From Harriotta raleighana (taxonomy: Eukaryota), in assembly GCA_050575255.1 (NCBI GenBank), contig JBNZDD010013718.1, forward strand, positions 6,936,579 to 7,000,578: a stretch of 64,000 nucleotides of DNA, written 5' to 3'. The translations under genes were made by a program, and so were the position numbers. The notes under the pieces were generated by a model. That model was given only the letters and a program-made list of their open reading frames with translations. It had not been told where the DNA came from and did not search any database. Position 1 is the first letter of the stretch. Each line of letters starts with the position of its first letter. Shown here piece by piece: positions 1-14,800 of this stretch.

Positions 1-1722
1 TGAAAAGAGCCATTTTCCTTCAATATAAATTGTAAAGCCTAACTATATAATATATTTTGATCAAATTATCAATTTTTAAAACAACATTGGGGTTTAACCA
101 GCTTTGGTGGAACCATTTTATTCGCCTTACTTGTTCTAGACAATCTTTCTAAAAAAAAATTAGGGCTGGCAAATAGTCAACGATTAATAGTTAACAAGCT
201 GCTAATGACTGGAATGTGTGCTAATGACCTTTTTTTAAAAAAAACTTTTAGACGTGAGAAGGCATCAAAAAATAGTCAAGGGGAATCTCTGACTGATGGG
301 ATACAAATGAAGTGAACTGGAGTTGGAAAGCTCTTCTCTGCCCTGACTAATAAAGATTCAGCATGTTTGTAATCTGTGCGTATTCATGAACAAAATATTA
401 TTTTTTAAAAACAATTTTAAAAAATAAACTTTTACTGGTTGCTTTTATATTTGTTTTACTTTGAATGTTAAATAAAAGTACCAAAATATTTTCTCTCACT
501 CTAAAAGTGTTTCTTTATCTTAGTAATTATTTTGATTTATCTGTAGGCCTGATGAGCCACTTATTCGAGGAATTTTATTTGATCTGTTTTGCTGCGGGCT
601 GTCTCTGTGCATTTCCTAACCTTCTGCCATAAGATATGGATGTAAAAAGTTAATATTTTTCCCCTAATGGACCAGACAGTTTCCAGGACTCATCTCGCTA
701 TTATATTCTTGTTTCCATAACTTGACAGATGTTATAGCATTGTAAACTGCAGCTTTGCTACTGATTATTCACAATGAGAGTTTTGGGATTTTGTTTTTTC
801 TTTCCCGTTGACAGTATTGTGGGATGCATGGATCTGTGTAGCAGAAATTCACTGACCAAGTGATAATATAGAAATATTGCTCTTCTGTACTGGTTACATA
901 GAATGTGGGATTTATTTATACTATGACCTGAACAGGATCTCTTGCTTTAAAACACATACAGCACTGTGATTCAGCTGAATCCAGGTGAATGAGAAGAAAT
1001 GTTCAACACTATCAAACCAAGAAAATATCTGTATCAATACATTGGTGTTCTTATAACACCAGTCAATGTTGCTGTAACTATTAAGTGCATAGCAGGTGGT
1101 TTTCCGTTAAGTTTCCTCTGACTTTCCATCCTCTGGTAAGGAGCTGCTGACCCATAGAAGTGCAGCTGAGATCAGGAACTCAGTCAGTGAGGAAGCAATG
1201 CTGCATCTTGTCAGTCCTTTACTCTGGATGTTATGTTTGACTGGCTGTGGGTCCCACCATTTATTGACATTGCCTATTAGTGGACAAAGAAATAAAGCGC
1301 CATATTGTCTCTTTACCCCTTAGGTAATTTTGCAAAAATGCCAGTATATCAATAGAAAATTACAACATATGCTACTCATTCCAGACCAGATGCCTTCCAC
1401 AGATGGAATTCCCATGGAACCAATAAAGAAATTATGCTATATAATATACAATAACATTCTTATAACCTTCAATCTAGCCTTTCATTAGCATCTTTTAAAT
1501 AATATATATTATATTTTTAACAAAATAATAGTGTTAATTGATTTTGGTGTACATCCTCAAACATCACATGGATATTTATTCTGTGAAACACTTTGAGATG
1601 TCTCGAAGACATGATAAGGCGCAATGTCAAATGCAAGGATTATTATTATTCAGCATCTTTAAGATTTAGTTAATGTTCTGCTTCATTCCATTCTGGTATT
1701 TGCTTCAGGTTATGATATGGGG

Positions 1723-1792
1723 CAATAGAAAAGTGTAGAAATGTTTGCCAATAAAGGCAGGGAAATTTGCGAGTTTTGGGGAAAATTGCGGA
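1723..1792 (+). repeat. Unclassified dispersed repeat, copy A (copy B at 3763-3832)
   Basis: CAATAGAAAAGTGTAGAAAT is identical at 1723 and 3763, and GAAAATTGYGG lies 58 nt downstream in both copies. Confidence 0.55.
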
Positions 1793-4700
1793 AAGTGTAC
1801 CTTTGTTTTCATAATACACATTGGCAAAAGTAGAGGTATCAACATTTTCTATAGTTATACTGGAATCTCTTGTGCTCCACGTGTAAACAGCAGTATTTTA
1901 AAAACTTGTGCAGAGAGGATTACAGATGTTATTGCTTGTTTAATGAGTAATCAATGAATGGTGTGTTTGTTAACTACAAACTAATACATTACTGTATTTT
2001 AATTAGTTGCAGTCTCTGGAGTGTCTTTCATTGCCATCCTCATAGATAAATATTGAACAAATTAACTCTACAACCACATAGATTATGCAACATTACTCTT
2101 AAAATTGATGACTTCTAGGTGAAAATTCAAAAATTTTGTAAGTGATTTACTGCTTCTCATCCATTAGAATATTGATTTTGGGTTTTTATCTATCCCAGTC
2201 TTAACATCTGCCCAATGTTGGTATGAAATTATTGTGTTTACGTTAAATTTAGCTTATATAGAATTTTAACTGATGTAACAATTAGTGAGTCTTTCATCCA
2301 ATTTCAGTTTTACAATTAGTTGTACTGTACTGCGCATTTCAGTGAATGGACAGTCATCACATTCAATTAAAGAGTATTTTTAGCGACAAAATTCCTCAGG
2401 TTTTTGTACAGCACATGGACATCCTTACATCTAATGGCTAATGGCTCCCTAACATTGTCTGTTTGCTGTTGGAATCACAACCTCCTACAACTAAATAGTA
2501 TCACCCTCTACTTATTGGAAAGCCATATACAGGGAGAAAGCAAATGCACAGATGCATCTCAAATACAAAATATGATACTGAATATATTTAACTTTAACTG
2601 ATTATGCTCATGACACATTATTTTGTTAAAAAGTAACACTACAGGATTCTATTATTTTCCATATATTTTCACAGGGAGACACACAGACTTGATTTGCTCA
2701 ATTTTATGCCGAGTTATCTGATCTTGGCTAAACCAGTGGTGTTACAATTGCCCATTATGTCGCACTCCTGATTGTTACCACTGACTGCTACTGGAACCAG
2801 TATGTGTACTGTATTGTTCAGCATGGGCTAGATTGGCATTGGTTAAAATATCTCCCACCTGTAGATTGCCAGCACCCACTATGCGGGTTCATATCAGCAC
2901 AATGGCCAATTCACAAACTACTGTTCCCTGAGGAATCACACCCATAAGATAATGCCTTCTGTTGAGGAGGCAGGAGAATTGGAAAACATTTTGACAATTA
3001 AAAAAGCTGCCATTTTATGAGTTTTGAATTTATCCTGTGGGAACACAAATTGTTTTGTATAATAGTACCTTGAATTAGTGTATTTAATGTTGGCACTAAC
3101 TGAAACCTGATTAGGTAGATTAAATTAGGTTGACAGTAATTAGATTGCTACCCAGAGCGAGATTTTATGCTAGTTGGTAAGTTTACTGACCCTGGCAGTA
3201 TGCACTTATAATTAAGTATGTGTAGTCAAACCCGTTAAATTTACTGATTAGTGAAAAATAATGAACCAAATAAAGATTTAAGTTAAATGCTGAATGCATA
3301 TAACTATGCTGTGCAAATCCATATTTACTCCCGACATGAAAGGTGCTATACAAATGTAATTTTGTTGTTGTTGTACTTGCTTCTTTTTCTCCTGGTTGTC
3401 CTTGTATTTAGATTTACGGCCAAAAACAGATCTGGAAATTGTATGAAGGCATGAAGATTTGTCTAAATATTTAATTTTTGACCTAAGAAGTGGCAGATAC
3501 CCATTGGGACAAAGCCATATAGAATAAGATCCATCAAAGGAAGTGGTTAAAATCTTGGAAACATAGATCTATATTGCAACAGTGATGGGTGTTGCAATAG
3601 TTTGGCTTTAAATTTGACATACTGCCTGTAACGTCAAAACATCTCATTCAAATGTAATTTCTCTCTAGTATAGCAACTGTAATTTCAATAGTGTCACAGA
3701 ATCTTCATCATCCACTCAAAAGACTAAATATATCAGAAAGTTTGGGTACCCATAATCATGGCCAATAGAAAAGTGTAGAAATATTTGTCCAGAATTGCAA
3801 GGCACAATGACAATTTTGCAGAAAATTGTGGGCAGGTGAATGGTAAAGCAAAAACTAGAGACACAAAGAGGCGCACACACACATACATATATATAGGAGA
3901 CACACAAACACATACACGTATAAACAACAACTTGGAATTATTCAGCGTCCTTCACTCCAGATGGATGGTAGCTCAGAGCTCTTCAAAACACACACATATA
4001 TGCCTGGTCTCTGCAGGTCTGTCACACTACTGATTCTAGCCAGTTTGCTTCCCACCCTCTTAACAACAAGAAAATTGTACAATTGTAAAAGTTAGTTTGT
4101 TGGATGAAAATGAGACAGTGAATGGGTCATGATATCTCTCACTGGACGAAACTAAATAACAAAACATGGATTTGTAGTTAGAATCTAACATTAAGACCTG
4201 AGATTTTGTACGTCTATTTCTCAGCTACTTGCTGACCCATCACGTGTAGTGGGTTTGGGAGACACAAACCCCTAAATGTAAATATTATTAAACATTATTG
4301 CAAACGACTAATATGTCCATTTATTCTGCAATTTTTCTCAAATGTGTCCGAAATCTCGTCAAATGCACATGGGAAAAATCAATGACAACTCTTTCCTGTG
4401 CTGGTGCATTTCTCCCAAATAGGCAGGAACAAGCACTGACAACATATATGTACCACTATATGTACTATATGACTACATGTACCACTGGATATACCTTGAC
4501 CAACCCTCAGGCCTTGTTCCTCCCCTAATGCTAACTCTGTTCCTCAGTGACAGCCCATGCCACCAGATACCAACTACTAACTCCATCTCATCCTCAAGTC
4601 TAATCCTAACCCTGCGATCACCCACTTGCCCATAAACCTACCCCTACTATTCTCTTACCCTTCCACCCCGATCCCCAAAACCCAACACCCCCACCTCTCC

Positions 4701-4999
4701 ACCCACACACTTCACTCACCCAACCCTCCACACACTGGCATCCCCCACCACCCCCAACATCTTAGACCCTCCCGTCACACACATAAAGACTCCCCTGCCT
4801 CATACAGACCCCATTCACTCTCACACATACAGTAGACCAACCACCCCATACACAGATCCCCCCCCCCCTCCCCAACCCCCACTCCGTCACAATACAGTCC
4901 GTCCCACACACACCCATACAGACCAGACCAGACCCCCCCCCCCCCCACAGACAGACATATACAGACTCCCCACCCAACCAACAAAGCCGGGTTATACAT

Positions 5000-5790
5000 G
5001 TTTAAACAGAGTCTCGGCCATTGTGAGCCGGTGCAGACCCTCCGCTCCCCAAGAACCGCTTGGAAACGGGACAATGGTTGCCATGGAGATGGCGCGGTGG
5101 CGGTTACCGGGGGGCGGAGGGGCGGCTGGTGGGAGGAGGGTGGGGGGGGGCAGAGGGTAACGGCCGGACCAGAGCCAAGTCAGGGCCAGAGTGACAGCCT
5201 GACTCCCTCTCTCTCTCTCTCTCATTGACTGCAGGGCTCGGCTTCAGGCCCGGTCTCCCTCCGGCTCTAGATTTCTATGGTGTCGGGAGCGGATTGTAAA
5301 GAGATTCTCTCTCTGTGTGTGTCTGACAGGGCAGGGATCGCAGTGAAAATTCCTCACCCTGCGAATTGCGGGAGGAGGAGTGGGAGTTGGTGGGTGGGTG
5401 GGTGGGAGGGAGGGGGCGGCGTGGGATGTTGTGGTGAGAAGTAGGTGAACACGCTGCTTGAAGATGGCGGCCGTGCCCGCTGGTGGGGAGTGACCGTGAA
5501 GAGAGAGAGAGAGAGAGAGAGAATCAGAGAGTCACAGAGAGAGAGAGAGAAAGAGAGAGGGGCACCCCCTCCTTCTCTCCCCCGCCCACCACCAGTCACA
5601 GAGCTAGTTCCGCAACCTCTCTCCTTCCTTTCTTTCTCCTCTTCCTCCCCTCCTCCCCCCGGAATCCGCAACGACAAAAGCTCTGGGTTCCTCACACATA
5701 TCCTCCTCCTCCTCCCCCCTCCTCCTCTCTCTCTCTGTCTCAGCCTCCCTCTCATTCCCTCCCTCCCTCTGTGTCTGTCTCTGTGTGAAC
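5000..5790 (+). promoter_or_regulatory. USP3 promoter / 5' region: GC- and CpG-rich, with RFX X-box-like and YY1 motifs
   Basis: Strong local rise in CpG and GC content just upstream of the ATG. GTTGCCATGGAGAT at 5077-5090, AAGATGGCGGC at 5461-5471, GGGGCGGAG GC box near 5111. Confidence 0.7.
5500..5558. repeat. (GA)n-rich microsatellite upstream of the USP3 start codon
   Basis: Interrupted GAGAGA runs, followed by CT-rich tracts up to 5790. Confidence 0.85.
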
Positions 5791-5881
5791 ATGGAGTGCC
5801 CCCACTTGGCGTCTAGTGTCTGCATCGTCCCGGATTCCACCAAGTTCCCCAACGGATCGCCCTCTTCCTGGTGTTGTGCCG
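5791..5881 (+). CDS. USP3: USP3 coding exon 1
   Basis: MECPHLASSVCIVPDSTKFPNGSPSSWCCA; donor G|GTGAGT. Confidence 0.96.
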
Positions 5882-8800
5882 GTGAGTTGTTGTCCACACA
5901 CACACACACAAACACACAGACAACACACGCAAACTCCTTTCCTCTCTCCCCTCTCTCTAATTCTCTCCCTCTCTCTTTTTTAACCCCCCCCCTTTCCCTC
6001 CCTCCTTCCTTCCCTTTCTCTTCCCCCTTCTCAACCCCACATACGCGACACACACAAAAACTCGCCGACTTTTCACAGCGCTCCGCCGCTCAAGGAGAGC
6101 TTTCGTCGGGCTGCAAAGTCAGGAAAAGCCGCCTCAGAACAGGGTTAACTCGGGGCCTGTGTTTTTATTTGATGGGAGGGAAAGAGAAAATAAATGCTGC
6201 GGGGAAACAAGGGGGAGAGAGACGTTCAAAACACTAGCGCTTTCTTTGGGGTTTGATATGAAGGAGAAGGAATGGTGGGGGGGGGTGGTGGTGGGGATTT
6301 GTTTCTTGAGGGGAATTAAAACTTCCACCGTTGTGCTCGGGTTTTAACTCGCGTTTGGCATTTTTCTTGGGTTTGCAGCCATCTCTTTCGCAGCCTACAT
6401 TGCTCAGTGTGGGGAGTTGTTGCATCAGAGTTAAAGTGCAGCAATTTAGTTTTCACCTTGTGTTGTGTAGGTGTGTGTGCGGGCAAGAAAAATGCTATAT
6501 TTGCCGGTTGAAAGAAACCGTCGGAAAAATCATGGTTTGAGTTAAAAGAGTGCCATGAGGTTTTTTTTCCCCCCTCAAAAAAGTCTTGGGAATTTAACAG
6601 GCAGGAGTTTAAAATAACCCACTTATACATTTACAGTTTTGCCACGTCCCATCATCATGCAGGGTGTTGTTGCACAGAAAGACATTTGTTTTTACACGCA
6701 CAAGAGTTTATTTACTAACCGAATGGAAAAGCACTTTTGATACGCGAAGAAAGAAGAAGAAAGAAGAAGGGGAAAAAAATACAACCCCTCTTGTGGATTA
6801 GTGTAGCCTTTCAAATGACTTTTCACGTGTAAAGCATCCCAACGTGCTCAAGACTGATCAGATTGGGTTTCCTCTGCTAGGCCCTTTATTGTTTCCATTG
6901 TCTGGACTCCGGGTAGCGAGATAATATCTGAAAGAAACTTGCTCCCCAGCCCCCGCTTGAAGCTTGAAAGCAAATCCAACCAGTGCCTCGACACAATCCC
7001 AAACCTGCCCCCCCCCCCCCTTTTCTGGTGTCTCTGCGCTGCTGCTGAACGAGATTGTAACTGAATCGGGAATTGTGCGCAGCGATAAAACGTGCTTTAT
7101 TGGTTGGTGGTCGACAAAAGGGAAACTGTGATCCCTGTTCTTCATCTTTGTTTCCTTTTGAACCGAGGCAAGTCGTGATGCTGCCGGGCAGAAAGGGGCC
7201 GGGGTTTTACTCTGTGTGTATTCCGACATGGAGTTTAGCGGCTCTTTTGTCGACGCGTTACTCTTTTTTTCCCAGGGCACTTTTTCTTTTAACTTTGCTG
7301 CCGAGGATTCTCAACATCGTACATTTTGTTCCACGCGAATTCTTTGTGTGTAAGGGAAAGGGAGTGACTTTGCAGATCCGTTTTAATTGCCAGGAAACAA
7401 GCCAGCCTGGATTCGGTGTCCCCTTTATTACCATGCAAATTGGCTCCACTCGGGTCTCAGCGGGTAATAAATAATATTCAATTCTAAATGGTAAATTTCT
7501 GCAAAATCTTTCCTTTTTTTTATTATCTGGGGGGCTTTACTCCCAGAAGAAAGTGTAATCGAGTGGAAGTTCACGACTCTTATGAAATCAGTCAGATTTT
7601 ATTGTACATTATTCAGCATAAACAGTTGTTAAAAGTGATAGATTATGTTATATATGTATTTGAGAAAAAAAGTTGCTAAAGTGTAATATTAACGATAGAA
7701 CGTGTTGCTTCAGTAGTCAAAAGGTTAGTTGGTCAGGCCTTCAGTGGGGGGGTGGGGGGGGGGGGGGNTAATTTTATGTGTTTTTAAAGAAATAACTCCA
7801 GAAATTTACAGAGGTGCTCAATTTTAATTCCCTGAGGTTGGATTTGTCTATACCCCCATCCCATTACCAGTCTACAGTCATCTACCATCTGCACTCAAAC
7901 GGATTATGTGCATTCTTGGCTGGGATGTGTGGAAGTGTGTGTTTCCTCAGGAAGTGGGGGGGAAGGGAAGAGGTAGGGAATACTGACCTTGCTTCTTCAC
8001 CCAGTGTCAGGGCATTGATGGTGGCAAAAAGTCTTGTAAGACATCCTATCCATTCCTTTCCAGTTCAGGATTCACAAAAAGTCACAAGCCTTTGAAAGAG
8101 GGGTACTCATAATACAAGATCTATTAAAACTTCAACCTAAAACTGATTTGGCGCTCTATGAAATGCGCTTTCATATCGGTGGGGTAGCACTCACTGTTGC
8201 CAATTCCCTGGCAACTGAGATTTGCAGCAGGTTTCCTGGATAAAATGTTGCCTTTGTGCTTGAAATTCTACTGCAATCACGATAAAATTTGAATTTCAGA
8301 GAATTCTGACTTGTCTTCTGAATTTTTTTTAAATAGACAAAATCTTTGACTTTATCTTATAAACAGGAAATAAGACAGAGATAGCCTTATCAGACTAAAA
8401 GTATTATCTATTTTTCTTGGTTGAAAACTCATGACAGTTGCATCATGCCCTCATTGCTTTTTCAGAATAGCTTCATTTTGCAGTTTCAAAATAATGGTGT
8501 TTTAGAATAATTTTAAATGTGATGGTCTGTGTGACGTAATTATGTTAGCCGCAGGCCAGCACTACACATTGTGATCATATCCTCTCAGCAAAATGCCTCA
8601 TGATTGTTGGGCAGTAGCATTTTTGTGAATTGCTGCATAAACCTGTGCCAAGATGTATGTATTCTTAGAGACTTTTTCTCTTAAGGTTCTTATGAGTCGA
8701 GCCTACAGCATATAAGATTAACAATATGACTTCTAATGGACCACATGACCTTGTTGATGTTGAAATAGAAGATTTTGTGGCCTTACTTTGAGGACATCTA

Positions 8801-11800
8801 CAGATTCTGCCGTAAAAACCTAGCAAGTTTTGTCTGAATGGTTATTTCATTATGCCATTTTGTCTCATTTTAGAATAGCCCTCTATTTCAATACAGAAAA
8901 AAAAAGTGAGAATAAAACTCCAAAAACACTTTTCATTACACTTTTCAGTAAATCCTATTAGGAGCAGTGAGATGTTTCGAGGAATGATAAGTCTCTAAGA
9001 ATGAAATCGAAGGATTATTACGATTTACAGATACCTCTTGTTAGGTTTCTAGGATTGTTTGACACTACATTATTCATTAAAGTGCATCAATTTGCCCTGG
9101 AGGTTGTATAGAATCTGACGGCACAAAAGGAGGCCATTCAGTCCATTTGAGTCTGCCGGCTCTTTGAAAAGAGCAATTTAATCCCACTCCCCAGCTCTCC
9201 CCATAACCGCGCAAACCCGACCTCCCCAAATAAATGTCTTCCTCTCTTTTAAATTCTCTTTATTGTACTTGTTAAAATTTAAAATATTGACTTAAATGCT
9301 TTGTGTTAAGATTATATAAAAACACACTTTTCTTCAGTCCCACAGGAACTGATTTCTGTAATCAGGATATGTCAGTCATAAAATGAGAATGCTGAAATGA
9401 TACACAAAATGACAAATGAGAGAGGCCTCATCAAATGCTGTAATCTCTTGGGAGTTAAATGTTGCCTGTAAATATTTGCAGACCTTCTAATTACCTTGAT
9501 ATTTAGTCAACATCTTGACACTTAGAGTATTTCTAATACAAAATAATGATAACTTATGTATGTTATCCCATATTGGCCATAATCATGCTGAAGTATACAT
9601 GTGGAAACCTACTTTTTGGTTATCTTCTCTTAAAGCACATAGGTTTTGCATCATCTCTCCCAGACTGGGCTGATCTTAGTCAGGGTATCAGTGAATTGTC
9701 CCTGGACTGGGGAGGGAAATGACAAATCTGTGTGTACACGTCTGTTCAATTACCTCTGCTAGAGAACCTGTTATATGAGATTCAGCTTGGGCTTGACCTT
9801 GGTGCCCTCCATAGCTGAGTGAGCTGCCAAGCCACCCAGGGGAAGAATAGCCACTCGGATAAGGTATCAAAAGCCAGCCGATGATCCTGGAACAGTACCT
9901 CAGCTGCCATTGAAATCGGGGAATGCCTCCCTTAGCCGTGAACCTTACAAAATGTTCTTTCAATTTCTGTATCGACAAGCTCTACCCACTGCCAATTGAT
10001 ATTTCTAGGAAGAAACATAGATTTTGGTGTTTCTGACTTCTCCCCTCCCCCTTTTTAAAAAAAAAGTTTGATGAAATTAATTCAGTGAGAATTTATTTTT
10101 AACCTAGTTTGATGTGTCCTGTCACATTGCTGTGCTTCATAAATGAGGTTAGAGGAACTTTGTGCAACAGCGAAGGATTGTGGGGAATTAACCTGGTTGA
10201 TTTGGGTTCATTGTTTTCATCTTGCTCTGACGGCTTCTGTTCACACTCATTGTGAAAGGTTTTCTTGTTTATCACCGGCTGAGCTACTTAATGCAACCGC
10301 TCATCCAGCTGCTTTCTGCTACTTGAAAGTATTGTATATTACGCCTTGTACGTTAGAGGAAGCAGAGCAGTAACCACTGCTTTCATTGTGTGTTTGTCAA
10401 AATTATGAAGTATGATTCCAGCATTATGATAAGTAGCTAGTTAAATTGTTCCTATAATACTAAGTGAAAAATATTGTTCTATTTTAATGAGATTCTGTTA
10501 TGAAAGCATTAAACCACCCTCCACCATTGTACTGTATAATGTGAGCTGCCTTACTTCCTCCTGAGATGTGCTTGACTGCCATTCTTGAAAAATCCTCTAA
10601 ATGTGGATTATGTATTGTATTTATTGGTCTGTCTAGGCTCAAAGACTATTATTACCAACCAGTCAGATAATTACTGTGAACCTTCTTGACGTATCTTAAT
10701 AAAACTTTAATAATTTGGCAAGAGATGCTACATGTAATGAAAAGCTGCTTTTACTGCATGAATTCTTTACTGCACTGCAGGCTGTAAATGTGTTCTACTG
10801 CCTGAATACAACCTTAAGTGGGTTGTGAGCAAAATAGATCTTGCTCTAATGCAAGTCCCAGCATGGGATGAACTTAATTTTGACCTGGAGATTTTTTATT
10901 TGGTAGATTGAACTCTGGTAGAAAATAATGCAACAGCTGTGTTGTTTCCTTCAAGTTATTGTTGAAGCTGTTCCCTTTTTCTGTTTTTGCAGTTTGTCGT
11001 TCCAATAAAAGTCCGTGGGTCTGTCTAACGTGTTCAAGTGTTCACTGTGGAAGGTAAGGTTATTATTCTGCAAAATCTGAAAGAAATCTAAAAATGTGTT
11101 GTACAGTAGTATTCATTTTCTTCACGGGCTCTTTTCGGTCATAATTGCCATGTTAAAAAAAGAGTTGTCTAGTAGCCTTTGTCTCTCTTCAAACTGAGCC
11201 GTACTGTAGTACTGTAACAGATTGCAATCACAGCTTGATTTTTTTTAAAAACTTGCTGCAGTGAATAGCAATTGTTGTAAACCTTTTAATAACAGCAATA
11301 TTTTTAATATTTCTTGTCCTCTAGCTATGCTGTTATAATTTAATGTAGTGTGGAGTGGAAATTGTAAAGCAATTTGTAATTTTATTTCCAGTGCAGGAAC
11401 TGTAAAACGTTTTACTTTTTGCTTGTGAAACTGCAACGGATTAATCTGGAGACGAGTGTATCTAAAATTCAATTTCATATCTACGTACTGTGAAAACACT
11501 AAATCCAGAACAAAATGCTTTATTCAAACAGTAAAATGATACCTAACTTAATATTCAAATTATGCTACTTAATGTAATGGTTTTAGGATGAGTTTTTAAT
11601 GGTACATTCTATATTTTAGAATTGAAGATTTCCTGAATGACATGGCATATTTTTTTCCTACTGTTTTGCTATAATTTGATGTGTGCTTTATCCGTTCATT
11701 AATAAAACAAAGACAAAATCCAGTGATTTCAAAGACACCATAGGCCAATGAAAGGGATACTTAAATCTTGGGAGGATAGTGTGAGTTTTAAAAATACATT

Positions 11801-14800
11801 CTTTCCAATTGGAAGCCATATGTCTGTCTCCAGCAGAGATGCGGGGCTGTTATTTGAGCTTCTCCAGTAGCAGTATTATTTTGTGAGCAGTCTGTAGGAG
11901 GTGCAATTGGATGGTGGGGAGGGGGGAGAAATGTAGCCAGTTTATTATTATTCCTCTCCGCATATATTAGTTTTACCCCACTGTATTGCTCACTTCAGCA
12001 GGTTGGGGCAAGATCAGACCAGTTACACAATCAGGTTGGAATGAATGATTGCTTCAAGCTTCTGGTTGAGAGAAAAATACTCTCTGGTTCCACACCCTTC
12101 CGATGTTGCTTGGGTTAAAATGTGCTTGTTAGGTTTCCCCTGAAAATCTGCAAACGTCAAGCGTCAGTTTACATCTGGTAGCTGCAGTATATTGCATCAC
12201 TACTATCACTGCTAAAACAACTTTAGCAGTGATGCAGTACATGAATAATATCATTAATGTTTTTATTGTAGAAGCAGTAAAGATCATAAAAGGCTCATTA
12301 TTTAGCTGAGCAGCAAACCTACGATACAACATGTGTGTGTGTGTGAATATAACATATTAACATGAAAACCTTTCTCATTACTAAGCGTAACAGAATACAC
12401 AATACTCCACGAGTGGCTAGACCAGCCCTCGGTGAAATATCATGCATGTCCTGTGCTCTTTTTTCACCTATAATAAGTATTAATGATCCTGTTGTTTAAT
12501 GTATCACTTTGTCGATCTGTCGTAAGTGCTTCACATGATTTTATTGTATTACCTCTACCAGAATATGATCAATACCCTTCAGTCACTTCCTTAAATACCC
12601 TCTATTGGAGCCTAGTCAGGGTGAGCTTTAATGCCTTTGTCTTATTCATTACATCTGTATTTACAATATCCCCTTTTCTCAAATATCTAAGAAATCTGAA
12701 TTCCCCATACTTCATTTTGTACCATTTTCGGATAATGTGTTTTCCTCTGAAAATATCTTAGTCTGTTCATGGTACTGGAAGTAATCCTGAGATTAAAGAG
12801 CAGGGCCTCGAGGGCTAGTAATCTATTGCTTAATTCTTCAAACTCGCCCTATAGAACCTTCAACCTATTCCCATGTCATTGGTTCCTGTATAAATCATGA
12901 TTTCTCACTGTTCTTCTGTACGAATAATTTTTGCTTGGCTAGGCTCCCTTGAACCTTGGCACCTGGGAGGTACTATATATCATGTAATACTCAAGCTTCT
13001 GACTGCAAAAAAAGACTAAACTCTTAAAATGTAGCTGCACATCCTATTCATTTTGTTTATTGCCGTATATAAATCCTGAGCAGGGATCCTTTCAACTACC
13101 CCCTGAATTCATTGTATACATGTGATTGGTGGCATACCCACATCACTGCACGTGTAAGGTAACCTTTTTGTGGTTGCTTATAATTTAAATCCACGCCTCT
13201 GTTCAAAATGAGGGATGTGGGAATCGCTTTGTTTATACTATAGGAGATTGCTTTAACAATCAGTCTACAGGAGATTGCCTTAACAATAAAGTTGGTGCTC
13301 ATTTGAGAAGAGTGAAGTTCTGTTATATCTCTGTTATGACTAGAAATATTTAGGCTACACCCCAATAAATCACACTTGTACTAATTCATGCAAATGTCAT
13401 TCTTATATTTGTAGATACGTGAATGGACATGCCAAGAAACACTATGAAGATGCCCAGATTCATTCCAATAGCCTTAGAAAGTCAGAAAAGCACGAAAAAG
13501 AAAAGTTGCAGCATGCAGTGTGTATGGATTGTAGCAGTTACAGCACCTACTGGTTTGTGACACCTTTAAATATTATGGTTGTGCATCACTAGCAATTTGA
13601 ATTTTCTCAGCTATAAATTTTCTCAGATTATAAGATTGTGTGGAATTTTTTTACGTAATACAATGACACTGGATTATTACATTATTTATTTTGCTGCCTG
13701 AAGAAATTCTAACATGACCTGTTGCCTTTGAATTGTAGCCATAGTCTGCTCTATGTAAATTTTTACTATCCCAAATAATGTTTATTTCAGGGAAACAATT
13801 AAAGCAGCACTGTTTTTCATCACTTGAAATCTGCAGTGAGGTTTTGGATAAATTCTATAATGAGTTGAAAATTAGAAATTTGTTGAATAAAGTTTCCTTA
13901 GAGAATTGCAAGACAATAGTAATTATTAACCTCTATAAATGCTTTTGATTGGAAAGTATATCATCTTCTGTTTCAGTAACTAAAAACTTACTGCAGTACA
14001 TTTGACCTTTGTTTTTATATAGTGGGTAAATTTAACAGCCGTGCTTTATATGGGGCAATGCTGCCATGGGTGTATGAAGGTACAATAATGCAAACTCTGA
14101 TGGTGCTTGTTGCTGACTGGTTTCATTCATCACATCTAGTGGGAATTGTTCTTATTCTGGAACACTGTTCTGCAGCTTTCGCAGGTCACTTTGTGCTCAG
14201 CTTCCCAAGTTACAATGCAGCATTGCCAATCAAAAGACCAAGTAGTTACTGTAACTTGATGTAGAAAGCTAAAAATACAGATACTGAATTGTTAAGTCTT
14301 TCTTTTCTCCAGAGCTTGAATTTCAATTGGAATTTCGATGAGCAGTGTATTGTTTTGTATGATTGCAGTGGTCATAAAATACTGAAATGCAACATTGCTG
14401 CTGTTTCTTCTGTAGAACCCAAGTGCTTGAATTCTCTTAAGCTTAAGAACAATGCCTACACTTTTACTCAGCAGGATCCATTCTCTGAAGATTGCCAAAG
14501 TGTTTTTAGGCTGGGTTGAAAGTATCAGTTTTTAACGTTTTCATTGCCTACAAATTCAGCCAAATTTCTTTTTCAGATTACTTTTCCATATACTATACTT
14601 TCTTCCAAAATTGCTGATGACAATTGGAAGAATGGTAAGAGGGGTGGGTAGCAAATAGCTTTTTTCAAAAAAATAGAAATTTATTAACAATGATCCTTTC
14701 ATTTGATATAGTGCCACATCACTTAATTGAGATGCCTCAATGCATTTCACAGAATATATTGTAAACGTGGCAGCCAATTGTGGATAGCAGGGTCCCGAAA

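Noticed and set aside
540-2484. Minus-strand coding gene (for example the CA12 5' end) upstream of USP3
   Set aside because: The exon-shaped segments I translated have stops in all frames and show no carbonic anhydrase or other recognisable motif.
4626-6347. Many overlapping ORFs of 60-150 aa around the USP3 promoter
   Set aside because: Produced by GA, CT, CA and G/C-run low complexity; only 5791-5881 is coding.
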